From Eimeria praecox (taxonomy: Eukaryota): DNA of 64,000 nucleotides. The position numbers were made by a program, and so were the translations under genes. The stretch spans positions 5,642,001 through 5,706,000 of the forward strand of contig OY986946.1 of assembly GCA_963920595.1 (NCBI GenBank), in the 5' to 3' direction. Position 1 is the first letter of the stretch. Each line of letters opens with the position of its first letter. This document shows, piece after piece, positions 33,826 through 49,405 of this stretch. A model generated the notes under the pieces. The model was not told the origin of the DNA. It saw only the letters and a program-made list of their open reading frames with translations, and searched no databases.

Positions 33826-34400
33826 TAAGTATAAATATAGAATAAAAATAAGAGAGATAGATAGAAGGATAATCTAAGCTACAAAACAAACAAAGATAAG
33901 AAAATAAAAATATATTTAATTATAAAAATATAATAATTTATTCTATTACTCTCTTCATAACAAATCACAAAACCCTAAACCCTAAACCCTAAACCCTAAA
34001 CCCTAGACCCTGTGGGGCCCCCAGCCTCGGGCCCCACAGGGGGTGGGGGCCCCCCCCCCTTACTATCTTTGTTTTGTTTTTGAATTGAAAGATATATTTA
34101 AATATAATTTGTCTAAATATATTTTATTTTATATATTTTATTTTATTTGTTGTATATTCTGCTGCCTTTGTTGCTAGGGGGCCCCCCATGCTGCAGCAGC
34201 CGAGGGGCCCCCCGCCACTGAGAGGGGCCCCATACATTTCAGGTGTACATGCAGCTTCTTCTTCTTCTGTCTTTGTTTATTTTTTCCTTTGAAGCTGCAG
34301 CAGAGCAGCAGCAGCCGCAGCAGCAGCAGCAGCAGCAATAGCAGCAGTACTAGCAGGAGAACTAGCTGCAACAGCAGCAGTAGCAGCAGCAGCAGCACTA

Positions 34401-34436
<36 letters not shown>

Positions 34437-34667
34437 CGGGCCCCACAAGTATCAGCAACAGCCCAAGCAGCAGCAGCAGCAGCAGCAGCATCTCTCCTAA
34501 CAACACCAACACCAACACCAACATCATCATCATCATCAGCAGCAACACCAGCAACAGCAACAACAGCAGCAGCAGCATCAACAGCACCAACATCATCATC
34601 ATCAGCAGCAGCAGCAGCAACAGCAGCAACAGCAGCAGCAACAGCAGCAACAGCAGCAGCAGCAGAG

Positions 34668-34947
34668 ATGGGTAGAGACCGCAGCAAGAAGCGAGGCCCT
34701 TCATCTTCTGCCTCCCAAGACAAATTAAAAAAAAAACAGAAGACAGAAACAAATAAAAAAGTTTATTCTTATACACAAGTAGAAGTAAAAACAAAGAAAC
34801 ATCTGTTTGCTGCTGCAGCAGCAAGATTAGAACAGCAATTAAATAAATTAAATGAAGAAGCTGCTGCTGCTGCTGCAGGACTCGCAAGCCCTTCTCTCTG
34901 TACGCCTTCTGCTATTGAAGATGCACTCTATAAGGTATACACATATA

Positions 34948-34994
<47 letters not shown>

Positions 34995-35035
34995 GTATAT
35001 CTATCTATCTATCTATCTATCCATCTCTCTCTCTC

Positions 35036-35133
<98 letters not shown>

Positions 35134-35400
35134 CGTAGTCCTTAAATATTTTAATTGTTGATGAGAAATATAAATACTCTTATGCTGCTGTACTTGCTGC
35201 TGCTGCTGCTAGTGCTGCTGCTGCACTTGCTGCTGCTGCTGCACTTGCTCCTGCTGCTGCTGCTGCAGCAGCAGCAGCAGGGGTTTTGAGAGTTTGGGTG
35301 TGATGGTGTTGGTGTTTGCTTTCAGCTGTCTCTTCCCTCCCCGCTGCAGCGGCTGCAGGGGCTTAAGAGGCTGACAGGATGTTTTGCTGCTCTGCGCCAG

Positions 35401-35462
<62 letters not shown>

Positions 35463-35609
35463 AGGGGGGGCCCCAAAGACAGTACAGCTCGAGCCAGTCA
35501 TAAGACAGGTGCTGCCGGCGCTGCTGTCTGCTGCAGCAGATGAAGACACTGAATGTAGACAGCAGCAATATGCTTGCTGCTATGCCCTCATACAAGCCCT
35601 ACTAGCCCA

Positions 35610-35641
<32 letters not shown>

Positions 35642-36103
35642 ACAGCAGCAGCAGCAGCAGCAGCAACGAGGGGGAGAAGACACAAGAGGAGAGAGCATCT
35701 TCTGTCTTAGCGCCATTTGCGGATCTCTTCTCTGCATCATTCCTCAAGTACACAATTTGATGCTGCTGCTGCTGTTGCTGCTGCTGTTGCTGCTGTTGCT
35801 GCTGCTGTTGCTGCTGCTGTTGCTGCTGCTGCTGTTGCTGCTGCTGCTGTCGCTGCGGCTGCTGTTGCTGCTGCTGCTGTTCCTGCTGTTGTTGTTGTTG
35901 TTGCTGTTGCTGCTGCTATTTATTTATTAATTGGGAAAATAAATAGATAAATAAAGTAAATAAATAAATTAAATAAATAAATAAATTAAATAAATAAATA
36001 ATAAAGTAGATAAATAAACAAAATACAATAAATAAATAAAATAAATAAAATAAATAAGTAAATTAGATAAATAAACAAAATAGAATAAACCAAATAAATT
36101 GAA

Positions 36104-36158
<55 letters not shown>

Positions 36159-36308
36159 ATAGGGTGTATGTGTGGTGTCTCCTTCAGTTGTTTGACGGCC
36201 GTCGACGGTCAAGTGCGTTCTTCTTCTGTCTCCTTACTTTCTCTCTTCCTTATTCATCTCCCCTCCTTTATTACTAACCTACCAAACGTCAGCTGCTGCT
36301 GTTGCTGC

Positions 36309-36340
<32 letters not shown>

Positions 36341-36487
36341 TTGTTGTTCTTGTTGTTGCTGCTGTTGCTGTTGTGCTGCTGTTAAGACTGCTGTTGCTGC
36401 TGTTCTTGCTGCTGCTGCTGCTATTTCTGTGTTGCTGCTGTTGCTGCTGCTGCTGTTGCTGCTGGCGTTGCTGCTGCTGCTGCTGGC

Positions 36488-36524
<37 letters not shown>

Positions 36525-36891
36525 GCGTTGGTGCTGCTGCTGCTGTTGCTGCTGCTGTTGCTGTGTCTTTGTTTTTGTTTATTAGACCTCTTGAGCATAT
36601 GTTTGCTTGTTGCTTCTGCTGCAGCTAGCTGTCTGTACACTCCGAGTTGTTGCTGCTGCTTCACCGAAGCCCTCTTTCCTTCTGCTGTCTCTCCCGCTGC
36701 TGCTGCAGCTGCTGCCGCCGTGGCTGGCACGACAGAGACAGCTAGGGAGACAGCAGCAAGACACAGCAGCAGCAGCAGCAGCAGCACCAGCAGCAGCAGC
36801 TGGTGCAGCAGCAGCAGCAGACCTCATTGCAGCAGATATTGCTGTGCTCGAAGACATCCGTAGACACAATATGCTGCAGCTTCATCGTATC

Positions 36892-36922
<31 letters not shown>

Positions 36923-37018
36923 TAAGCAACTCGGGAGACAGCCACACAGCTCTGCTGCTGCAGCTCTTCAACTGCTGCTGCGATTGCTGGCTGCAGCAAA
37001 TGCACGACCTCACAGTGA

Positions 37019-37070
<52 letters not shown>

Positions 37071-37158
37071 TTGCTGCTGCTGGTAATGTGGTGCTGCTGC
37101 TGTTGCTGCTGCCTTCCGGGTGATACGATGGGAGCAGTTTATTTGCTTTTGCTGCTGT

Positions 37159-37193
<35 letters not shown>

Positions 37194-37257
37194 CAGGAGG
37201 GTCGTCGGGGCCAGAGTGTCTCTGGAGCGAATGCAAAGAGAGACAGCAGCAGCGGGA

Positions 37258-37288
<31 letters not shown>

Positions 37289-37481
37289 CGAGGATATGCT
37301 GCAGCGGCTGCAGTTGCTGCATCTGTGCTGCAGCATCTTTCATCTGCTGCTGTTTGGAGACAGCAGCAACACAGCAGCAGCAGCAGCAGCAGCAGCAGCA
37401 CCCTCCACGGAGACACAGGAGACAGGGCCCCTACTCAAACCACTTGTCTTTCAACTAGTAGCAGCAAACGAACGAAGGAGA

Positions 37482-37513
<32 letters not shown>

Positions 37514-37675
37514 CCAGCATCAGCCTCCAGTAAGACCTACACCAGAACTAGGGTTTAGGGTTTAGGGTTTAGGGTTTAGGGTTTAGGGTAGAAGTAGATT
37601 CTGTCTGTGCTGCCGCCGCATGCGTCTTCAACCCTCCTCTGACCCTGCTGCTGCTGTTGTTGCTGCTGCTGCTGT

Positions 37676-37707
<32 letters not shown>

Positions 37708-37885
37708 TGCTGCAGCTGCTGGAGAAGTTTGTGCTTCACGTTGTGCCTTCTCTTCTAGATTTGGTAGAGCAGCAGCTCCCTCCTGCTGCTGCAGCAGCAG
37801 CAGCAGAGACAGCAGCTTCTCTTGTCTCCCTCACTATTTGTCTCTTCTCTACACCTTTAAAACACTTTATAAGCAACGAGACACT

Positions 37886-37933
<48 letters not shown>

Positions 37934-38123
37934 TCCAGAGACACCTGCCACCCATATAACATACGGAGAGAAACATTTTGCTGCTGCAGCTTTGAGAGTG
38001 TGGGGCCCCTCACTACGTGCTGTGCTGCTGTCTTCTGCTGCTGCTGCTGCTGTATATCTATCCAAGACAGCGGCGCAGCAGCAGCAGCAGCTCTTCACCG
38101 TCGTATCCCGCCACCAACAACAC

Positions 38124-38158
<35 letters not shown>

Positions 38159-38159
38159 A

Positions 38160-38191
<32 letters not shown>

Positions 38192-38571
38192 GCAAGGGTA
38201 CCTGCCTCTTCCTTTATCTACAAAGAAAGCCTTCGTATTATTTGCTGTACAGCAGACAGCAGCAGCAGCAGCAGCAGGAGCAGCAACAGCAGCAACAGCA
38301 GCAGCAGCTCCAGAAGGAGAAGGAGACACCCCACAAATACTAGAACAGTTTGTTTGTCTGCAGCAGCAGCGGTGTCTGCTGCAGCAGATTATACACATGG
38401 GATTAGCTATCAAAGCTGCAGCACCGCAGCAGCAGCAGCAGCTGCTGCTGCAGCAGCAGCAGCAGCAGCAGCAGAGACACCTCAGTACTAAGGGGGGGGT
38501 GGGGGGCCCTCTCCTTACTGCTGAGGTGTCTCTGCTGCGGTGGCTGCTGAGCAATCCAGACACCTATGCAT

Positions 38572-38610
<39 letters not shown>

Positions 38611-38740
38611 GATTGCTGCTGTACCTCTCACCATCAGCCCTTAACAAGGGTTTGTCTAGACTGCAGCGTTCTACATACATAAAACAAACCGCGCTGCTGC
38701 TGCAGCAACAGCAGCAGCAGCAACAGCAGCAACAGCAGCA

Positions 38741-38775
<35 letters not shown>

Positions 38776-39121
38776 CATCTGTCAGCATGCAAGCCTCGTT
38801 GCCTATTCTTCAGTCCCTGCAGCAGCTGCATGCATCGCTTGCTGCTGCTGCTGCAGCAGCAGCAGCACAGCATAATCGAGGGGCCCCCGTGGATTCCCCT
38901 GCTGCTCGCCAGCAGCACTTCAACAGAAAGAAGCAGCAGCGGATGCTGCAGCGCATGCAGCAGCAGCAGCAGCAGCAGCAAGCAGAAGCAGCAGCAGCAG
39001 CAGCAGCAGGTAGCAGCACGGGGGGCCCTGCAGCAGCACTTGCTGCCTACGGAGAAGCAATTGAGGCATCATGGATGCAAGCGATAGAGAAGCTGCTGCA
39101 GCAGCAGGAGCTGCTGCTGCG

Positions 39122-39155
<34 letters not shown>

Positions 39156-39433
39156 AGCAGCAGCAGCAGCAGCAGCATAGGACATCTGCTGCTCCAGCCA
39201 GACAGCGAAGAGCAGCACGAACAGCACTATATACTCCCAGCAGCAGCAGCAGCAACAACAACAACAGCAGCAGCAGCAGCAGCAACAACACCAACAGCAG
39301 CAAAAGCACACGGAAGACGCTCAGCTGCTTCCTCCTCTGCTGCTGCTGCTGCTGCTTTTCTTTCGTTGCCTGTAGAGAAGAGTCAGCCTTCCTGCAGCAG
39401 CAGCAGCAGCAGCACGAACAACAACAGCAACAA

Positions 39434-39476
<43 letters not shown>

Positions 39477-39599
39477 GGGATGGAGAACGGCGCAGCTCTA
39501 CATGTAGTGGAGATCAGCGACAGCAGCGAAGAAGAAGCTGCAGACAAAGACAAGCACCCTTCGTCTGCTGCAGCAGCAGCAGCACCTGCTGCTGCTGCT

Positions 39600-39635
<36 letters not shown>

Positions 39636-39702
39636 ACACCTCTAACGTCTAGCGCCTCCACAGAGCCGCTGAGTGATGCAGAGACTGTCTGCTCCAGCGA
39701 CA

Positions 39703-39772
<70 letters not shown>

Positions 39773-39984
39773 GCAACAAGGAGTTGCAATATATGTGCTG
39801 CAAGCCCCAGCTTTGATTTCTCCTTTGCTGCTGCTGCTGCTTGGTTATGATGCTCAGAGGCTGCTGCTGCAGCTGCCTGCTGCTGCTGCAGTCTTCTATC
39901 GACGGCTTGCTGCTGAAGCAGCACAAGTGCAGCAGCAGCTACCTCCTGCTCTGTGGGCAGGCCCCCTCTCTCCTGTTGCTGCAG

Positions 39985-40027
<43 letters not shown>

Positions 40028-40416
40028 CGAAGAACGGCTGAAGCTGTGGACGAGGGTGTTGTCTCTTGTAGCTTCTGGGTGTGTTGCTGCAGCAGCTGCT
40101 GCAGCGGAGCCTGAGGTACCTGCTGCTGCTCCTGCAGCAGCAGCAGCAGCAGCACTTCCTGCTGCTGCTGCTGCAAGGAGACAGCAAGCAGCAGCAGAAG
40201 CAGCAGCCTGGTGTCGCCTCCTTCTTTCTGCTGGGAGATCTGCGCTGTCTCCTCGAGGAGACAGGTTGGTATCTCTGTCTGTCTCTGTCTCTGTCTCTGT
40301 CTTTGTTTATTTATTTTATTTTTTGTTTATCTTTGTATTTTATTTGTTTCTTTGTATTTGTATTTTCGTTTTTCTCTGTCTCTCTCTCCTTTGTATTCTT
40401 TTGTCTCTGTCCTTTA

Positions 40417-40498
<82 letters not shown>

Positions 40499-40692
40499 TG
40501 GTGTGTCTCCTCTTGTGTATCTGTCTCTGTTTGTAAACATCTCTGGCGTATTCTGTCTCCTTTATTTTATTTGTTTTGTTTGTGTCTTCTTTCTTTGTCT
40601 CTTTCTGTTTTATTTATTTTCTTGTGTCTCTCCTTCTCTTTGTTTGTGTTCGTCTGATTCTTATTGCTGCTTCCATGTGTCTCTGCTGCTGT

Positions 40693-40734
<42 letters not shown>

Positions 40735-41049
40735 AGGTGTCTCCTCCAGGGTGCCTTCAGCTTGCTGCTGCAGCAAATCTTCTTCGTCCCTCGTCTCCCT
40801 TCGCCTGTCTCTCTCCCCCTCATCATGCGGCTTCCTGCTTCTTGTCGGGATGCTGCTATGCGCTGTGTTTCTGCTGCTGCTGCTGCTGCAGCAGCAGCAG
40901 CAGCAGCAGCAGGAGAAACAGCAGCAACACCTACACAGGCAGCTGCAGCAGCAGCAGCAACAGATTCCTTGCTGCTGCTCATACCCCACGTCATTCGCTG
41001 CTGTCTCTTTCCCTTTGGCTTTCATCGTCTGTACACCGTAACCTGGAGA

Positions 41050-41089
<40 letters not shown>

Positions 41090-41456
41090 GCAGCAGGGGC
41101 AACGAGGGGGTCCCTCAGGGCTTTCCAATCTCCCTAGAGGCATATCCTGCTGTGAATTGCAGCAGCCTGGCTGCAGCAGCTTCCTCCACAGCAGCAGCAG
41201 CAGCAGCTGCTGCTGCAGCAGCTGCTGCAGCAGCAGCAGGAGCAGCAGCAACAGCAGCAGGAAGCAAGTGTCTCTATTCGCCGCTGTGTGGGGTTGAACC
41301 TGCATGCGGACGCTGGGGCCCTCCAGGTGTCTCCACAGACACCCGAGTGCTTGCAGCTACACATTTTGCTTTGCCGCTGCTGAGCTGTCTCCTGCAGCAG
41401 CACAAGGGGACTGTCTCCATGCAGCAGCAGCAGCAGCAGCAGCAACAGGAGGGGAA

Positions 41457-41490
<34 letters not shown>

Positions 41491-41652
41491 GGCCAGACAG
41501 ATCTAAGGAGACAGAAGGAGACAGCAGCAACATCTAAATCTACTCTCTCTACAGAGCAGCTGTCTCTTCGTCTCCTCCTCAGTCTTCTCCTAGAAGCATC
41601 AAAACCCTTTGCTGCTACTTACAAGAGACACTACATTCAGGAACAGCAGCAG

Positions 41653-41693
<41 letters not shown>

Positions 41694-41973
41694 GCAGCAG
41701 GGGTATTATGAGTATGAGTTAACCTTCAAGGCCCCTCTATGTTTGGAGTTGTTGCTTGAGGAGTCAACAATTATTTTATTTAGAGACAAAGATAAAATAA
41801 ATAGAATAATTTCTATTCTTCAGGTGTATAGGGAGACACCCCACATCCTTGAGGCTCAGCAGCAAAGCCGGGGCTTGTCTGCAGCAGGACGTATGCTGCT
41901 AGGGTTTACACTGCCTCTGTGCATGCATGCATGCGCCCCTATACCTTCAGCAGCAGCAGCAGCAGCAACAGCA

Positions 41974-42004
<31 letters not shown>

Positions 42005-42680
42005 GAAGGGGAGTGTGTTGGGGCGAGTTTGAAACTGTTGCTGCAGCAGCAGAAGAGGGAGCTCGTGTGTCTGCTTCTGTCTCCTTTTTCTGCTGCTGCT
42101 GCAGACAGCTCCTACCTCCTCTTTCATCTGTCTCTGCAGCATATAAAGAAGAAGAAGAAGAAGAAGGAGGAGGAGACAGGAGACACTTCAGCTGTACAGA
42201 CACCTCAAATATTCGAGACAAATCAACCTGCTGTCTCCTTTCTTCTCCTCCTCTTTCTTTTGCTGCTGCTCTTCAATTTCTATTCTGTCACTTGGGGGCC
42301 CCAGGGGCCCCCCTACAGTCCCCCATACAGGAAACCTGCAGCAGCAGCAGCAGCAGCAGCAGCGGCAGCAGCAGCAGCAGCAGAAGTATCAACAGTAGCA
42401 GCGTGGCGTTAGCAGCATCACCATCTGCTGCTGCTGCTGCCGCTGCTGCTGCTGCTGCTGCTGCTGGGGGGGTAGGAGCTGTGGGTTTGAATAGTAAGGA
42501 GACAAAGCTGCTCGATGAAAGCCCTCTGTGTGCATGCGGAAACTGTCTCCTCTCTGCAGCAGAACATGAGGGGGCCCCCAGGGGCCCCCTTAGGAGCAAA
42601 ACGGAGACATTCCTTGCTGCTGTTTGCGCGGTTGCTGTATTTGCTGCTGCGCCGCAGCAAGAGCCTTCAACAGAGACAGA

Positions 42681-42735
<55 letters not shown>

Positions 42736-42818
42736 GTTGGCTGTTGTAGTTCCCTAGCACGTCTTTCTGCTTTTGTTGTTCTTTGTGATAACGTCCTTCA
42801 AGCAATTGCTGCAGCGCT

Positions 42819-42885
<67 letters not shown>

Positions 42886-42985
42886 ACGCACGACAGCAGT
42901 CCAGAGGATGGGGCGTGGGGGCCGATGTTCCTACCTGCCGGGCTGAGGCGATGGTTCCTCAGCTGCAGCAGCAGCAGCAACAGCA

Positions 42986-43016
<31 letters not shown>

Positions 43017-43102
43017 TTTGCGGGCCTCGCTGCTGCCGTCACTGGATGATAAGCTGAGACGCGAGGGGCTGATTCTTGTACGTTGTTTGTTTGTCTCTGT
43101 CT

Positions 43103-43146
<44 letters not shown>

Positions 43147-43155
43147 TTTGTCTGT

Positions 43156-43202
<47 letters not shown>

Positions 43203-43247
43203 TTTGTTTGTTTATTTATTTATTTATTTATTTGTTTATTTATTCAT

Positions 43248-43286
<39 letters not shown>

Positions 43287-43672
43287 TTTGTTTATTTATT
43301 TATTTATTTATTTATTTGTTTATCTGTCTCTGTCTCTGTTTGTCTTTATCTGTCCCCTTCTATTTCTGTCTGTCTCTTTCAGTCTTTGTTTGTTTCTTTG
43401 TTTGTCTCTTTCTGTTAATAATATTAATAAATAGTAATAATAATAAATAATAATAATTAATAATTAATAATTAATAATAATAAATAATAATAATAATAAA
43501 TAATAAATAATAAATAATAATTACTAATTAATAATTAATAAATAATAATAAATAATAATAAATAATAAATAATAATAAAACAAATTTGTCTCTTTGTTTT
43601 TTTTGTTTTTTATTTGTGTTATTGTATTTTTCTCTGTCTCCTAAATACTTCTTCATGCTTCATTCCTCACCC

Positions 43673-43723
<51 letters not shown>

Positions 43724-44471
43724 GGTGTCTCTACAGCTTGTGTCTGCCTTCAGAAGGAGTCTACGACGTTTGTCTTGTTGTCTTTGTCGAATTGTTGATA
43801 GTCTACAAAGAAATGAAGCTTCAGGTGTCTCCTCAGGTGTCTCCTCGGGTGTCTCCTCAGGTGTCTCCTCAGGTGTCTCCTCAGGTGTCTCCTCAGGTGT
43901 CTCCTCAGGTGTCTCCTCAGGTGTCTCCTCAGGTGTCTCCTCAGGTGTCTCCTCAGGTGTCTCCTCAGGTGTCTCTTCTCTTGAAGAGCCTTCTTTAAAT
44001 AATTTAGAAAACACACAAAAATATTCTAACTCCCCTATCTGTCAACCTCTCCTCACTGCCCTCTCCAGTGTCGCAGCAGCTAGCTGTAGCTAGCTAGCTA
44101 GCTAGCTAGCTAGCTAGCTACAGCTAGCTGGATAGCTGCAGCTAGCTAGCTGCAGATACCTAGATACAGATAGCTGGCTGCATCTCGCAAACAGCTAGCT
44201 GTAGCTAGCTGTAGCTAGATGTGGCTAGCTGTAGCTAGCTGGTTCTATGTGTAGCTAGCAGTAGCTAGCTGCAGCTAGCTACGGCTAGCTGCGGCTATAT
44301 GTACCTAGCTCTTGGCTAGCTGTAGCTAGCTGCAACTGTGTATGGCTAGCTGTAGCTAGCTATAGCTAGCTGTCTCATTGTGTTTCAGAGACCATAATTA
44401 ATAGAATTCTGTCTCTTAAGAAGAAGCGGAGACAGCGAAAAGGAGACAGAAAAAAAGAAGAGACAAATTAA
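34668..44471 (+). CDS. IPI1/TEX10-like pre-rRNA processing (Rix1 complex) protein with large low-complexity expansions, about 2270 aa, 9 exons
   Basis: Exons 34668-34934, 35326-35747, 36188-36287, 36625-37014, 37197-37529, 37716-40264, 40737-43077, 43737-44067, 44389-44471 (6816 nt, phases consistent). N-terminal [56 protein letters not shown] and [39 protein letters not shown] match the Ipi1_N/TEX10 pattern from memory. The last exon is least certain. Confidence 0.65.
43821..43976 (+). repeat. Exonic 12-bp tandem repeat TCAGGTGTCTCC encoding (SGVS)13
   Basis: 13 copies in frame within exon 8 of the IPI1-like gene. Confidence 0.85.
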
Positions 44472-44498
44472 AAGGGAAAGAGAGAGAGACAGAGAGAC

Positions 44499-44543
<45 letters not shown>

Positions 44544-44636
44544 CAGAGAGAGAAAGAGACAGAGAGAGGAGACAGAGAGGGAGAGACAGAGATAGTCTAA
44601 AACATAGAGAAAGAGACAGAAAAATAACGAGACAAA

Positions 44637-44684
<48 letters not shown>

Positions 44685-44706
44685 CAGAGAGAGACAGAGA
44701 GAGACG

Positions 44707-44765
<59 letters not shown>

Positions 44766-46121
44766 TTATAGAATAAGAGAGACAGAAATAGAGACAGAAA
44801 AAGTAAAGACAGAAGAGACAGAAGAGACAGAAGAGATAGAGGAGAGACAAGAAACAACAGAGACAGACAGAGACAGACAGAGACAGACAGAAGAGAGAGA
44901 AGAGACAGAAGAGACAGACAGAGACAGACAGAGGAGATAGAGGAGAGAAGAGACAGAAGAGACAGGCAGAGACAGACAGAAGAGACAGAGAGAGACAGAC
45001 AGAGACAGACAGAGACAGACAGGAGACACAAGAGACACAAGAGACAGAGACAGAAAGAAGAGAGACAGGAGACATACAGAGGAGACAGAGAAAGGAGACA
45101 GACGGAGGAGACAGACAGAGGAGACAAACAAACAGCAAAGCCCTTTGTGTAGTTAGAGAGACAGAGATAAATAAAAAGAAGTAGCTGTCTCTCTCTATCC
45201 CTCTCTCTCTGTCTCTCTCTGTCTGTTTCTGTCTGTCTCTGTCTCTCTCTGTCTCTCTCTGTCTCTCTCTGTCTCTCTCTGTCTCTCTCTGTCTCTCTCT
45301 GTCTCTCTCTCTGTCTCTCTCTGTCTCTCTCTGTCTCTCTCTGTCTCTCTCTGTCTCTCCCTGTCTCTCTCTGTCTCTCTCTGTTTCTGTCTGTCTCTCC
45401 CTGTCTCTCTCTGTCTCTCTCTGTTTCTGTCTGTCCCCCGTCTCCTTCTGTCTCTCCCACAGAGGGATCAAAGGCAGGAGCAGCAGTGGCAGCAGCAAGA
45501 GCTGCAGCAGCAGCAGCAGCTGCTGCTGCTGCTGCTGCTGCGGCCCCACAGAGGAGACAGGAGGATGTTGTTATAGACAAATTATGATATAGTGCGGAGT
45601 GTCTGTCTCCTTCTGTCTCCTTCTCTTTCTCTCTCTTTCTGTCTCTGTCTCTCGCTATCTTTATCTGTCTCTCTCTATCTCTATCTGTCTCCTCCTCTGT
45701 CTCTGTCTGTCTCCTTCTGTCTCTATCTGTCTCCTGTCTCTGTCTGTCTCTCTCTGTCTCTGTCTGTCTCCTTCTGTCTCTCTCTGTCTCCCTCTGTCTC
45801 TGTCTGTCTCCTTCTGTCTCTGTCTGTCTCCTTCTGTCTCTGTCTGTCTCCTTCTGTCTCTCTCTGTCTCCTTCTGTCTCTGTCTGTCTCCTTCTGAGCT
45901 TTACTCTACCCTCTGCCTACTCCTTCTACTGTAGCTAGCTGTAGCTAGCTACAGCTAGCTACAACTTCACACAGCTAACATGATCTAGGGTTTATTAGGG
46001 TTTAGGGTTTAGGGTTTAGGGTTTAGGGTTTAGGGTTTAGGGTTTAGATATATAGCGACGATTCCTCAGCATTTTAAGCACAAGACAGGCAGCAAGCCAT
46101 CTGAACTTGAACTGCTGCAGC

Positions 46122-46194
<73 letters not shown>

Positions 46195-46360
46195 GGCTTG
46201 CTGCTGCTGCCGACCCGGGCTCTCTAGGCTTCCACACTTATCTTCGGGTGTCTCTGCAGCAGCAGCAGAATAAAAATAAAATAAAATAAAATAAAAGTAC
46301 AATTAAATAATTTTAGATTGTCTGCTGCTGCAGCAACAGCAATAACAACAACAGCAGCAA

Positions 46361-46406
<46 letters not shown>

Positions 46407-46557
46407 GGCGGTGGACCTCAGCTGTTGCATCTGAGGTGTATGCACAGCTTGCTGCTGCAAGACCCTCGGATCTCCTCATATATTTTTTTGTTTTTATAAA
46501 TAAAAAATAAATATAAAATATTTATCTGTCTCCTTTCTTTTCTATAGTCTTTGAAGG

Positions 46558-46623
<66 letters not shown>

Positions 46624-46775
46624 GCAGCCCGCTAGCCTCGATCTGTATCTCTTGACGCCGCCTTCTCCTCTATTTCGTATATAAAATATACTTGCTGTCT
46701 GTCTCTAATTAACTGTCTCCTTTCAGCAGCAGCAGCAGCAACACCAAGAACACCACAAGACTGCAGCAACAACAA

Positions 46776-46826
<51 letters not shown>

Positions 46827-46863
46827 GGTCACCTCCGACTCGAGGCCCTGTCTCCGCGGGCTC

Positions 46864-46907
46864 ATGAACGTTAATTGTCTCTCTGCTGCAGCAGAAGCTG
46901 CAGATAT

Positions 46908-46938
<31 letters not shown>

Positions 46939-47185
46939 ACTTCTAAAGCTGCTGCTGCAGCAGGAACAACAACAACAGCAGCAGCAGCAGCAGCAGCAGG
47001 TCTTCGGCGTTCGAGTGTTGCTCCAGATCAGCTGCTGCTGCTGCTGCAGCAGAATACAAACTGTCTCTTCTCTCTCAATAAAACAAAATTAGACCTGGGG
47101 ATATACTCCAGGGGCTCGAACTTACTGAAGCTGTCAGAAGAAGAAGAGGAGACAGAGGGTGTCTCCTTCGAGCTGCGTCTTAACC

Positions 47186-47236
<51 letters not shown>

Positions 47237-47447
47237 GCAGTAGGAGGAGGAGGAGTTGGATAGAGCAGCACAGAAGGAGAAGAAGCCACAGCAGCAGCTT
47301 TCAAGTGTCTCCTCAAAGTTTATCTGTCTCTTCTTCGGGTGTATCTACATCTAATAGCACTGTCTCCTCTCCTGTCTCTGCAGACAAATCGAATATATCT
47401 AAACACTGCTCTGTCTTTGTCTCTCCCTCAGGCTGTATCAACAGCCA

Positions 47448-47497
<50 letters not shown>

Positions 47498-47658
47498 GCA
47501 GCAGCAAAGAGGCGAAGGAGTATAGAGACACTCTGCTGCAACGGCTTAGCAGCAATCCCTGTCGAACACAACATCAACTGTCTCCTTCTCATCTTTCTCT
47601 GTCTCTTAATAAACTAAGCGCTCGATGTAAGGGCAGCTTCCTACCAGCAGCATCCTCT

Positions 47659-47727
<69 letters not shown>

Positions 47728-47962
47728 CACATCAGAGACAATCTAAAGGCCCTATCTTTAGGTGTCTCCAAAGACCCGTTTATAAAATTTAGACTGTCTC
47801 CAAATCCCCTAAAACAGCAAATACAACAAACTACCTCCTCTGTCTCCTCTGTCTCCTCTGTCTCCTCTGTCTCCTCTCTACATATTAATAAACCATCATA
47901 TACGTCTCCTGCTGCAGCAAAACCTGCTTCTTATAACAAGCAAGATATTGCAGCAGCAACAC

Positions 47963-47997
<35 letters not shown>

Positions 47998-48399
47998 ACA
48001 GCAGCAACAGCAGCAGCAGAAGTACCAACAGGAGCTGGAGAAGCGCAGGCAGCAGCAGCAGCAGCAGCGGCAGCAGGAGCAGCAGGAGCAGCAGCAGCAG
48101 GATCAGCAGCAGGAGCCGCAGCAGGAGCAGCAGCAGCAGCGGAGACAGCTGTACCCTCTGTTCCTCCTGGGGGGCCCCAGGGCCCCCCCCCATGTTTAGG
48201 AAGGTGTGAGTGTGTATATTCTTCTGTTAGATTTGCTGCTGCAGCAGAGCAGCAGCAAATATGTGGGGGGGAGACGATGCGACACGAGGTGTCTGTACAG
48301 CAGCAGGAGACAGACAGAAGGAGAGAGATAAACTGTCTCCTTTCAAACAATGAATTCTTACTGTCTCCTCCTATATCTTCAACACAACAGCAGCAGCAC

Positions 48400-48436
<37 letters not shown>

Positions 48437-48647
48437 GACATCTTGGAGATCTAAGAAGACAGCTGCTGCTGCTGCAGCAGCCTGCAGCAGCAGCAGAGAC
48501 ACATAAATTAAACACATCTGTCTGTCTCCTCAGACAACCCCACATATCTTTATTAGAGAGAAAAGATATGTGTCTCTTCAACGAGCATATACTACCTTCA
48601 GGTGTACATACAGCTCCTTCTGCTGCTGCTGCAGCAGCAGCAGCAGA

Positions 48648-48684
<37 letters not shown>

Positions 48685-48796
48685 ACAGATCCAACAGCAG
48701 CAGCAATAGCAGCAGCTATGGCAGCAGCAACAGATCCAGCAGCAGCAGTAACAGCAGCAGCAGCAGCAGATCGAGCAGCAGCAGCAGCAGCAGATC

Positions 48797-48831
<35 letters not shown>

Positions 48832-49110
48832 CGAGACACGGGTATCTCTGATAGAATTAACTATGGAAAGGCTACACAGTCTCAGCTGTCTCCGACTGTC
48901 TCCCCGCTGCTGCAGAAGAGACACCTGTCTCCTGTGTCTCCAGACAGCAGCAGCACAGCTTACTTCAGACAAAGGCTGCAGCAAGAGCAGCAGCGGCAGC
49001 TGCTGCTGCAGCAGCAGACTCTACAAACTAGGCTGCGAGGCAACACTGTACTGCTGCAGCAGCAACAGCAGCAGCAGCACTACCACCACCAACCTTGGCT
49101 CCAGTGGAAG

Positions 49111-49169
<59 letters not shown>

Positions 49170-49372
49170 GCGGAAGAAATGGTCGCAGCAGCAGCAGCAG
49201 CAGCAGTGGGAGCACCATCAGTACTGGCAGCAGTGGTGGCAGCAGCGGCAGCAGCGGCAACAGCAGCAGCAGCAGCAGCAGCAGCTCCAACAGCAGCTCC
49301 AGCAGCAGCTCCAGCAGCAACTGCAGCACCACCTGCAGCAGCAACTCCAGCAGCAGCAGCAGCAGCAGCAGG

Positions 49373-49405
<33 letters not shown>

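Noticed and set aside
45463..45591. Possible exon linking the IPI1-like gene to the downstream large ORF
   Set aside because: There is a good acceptor, but I could not build a phase-consistent open path; left unassigned.
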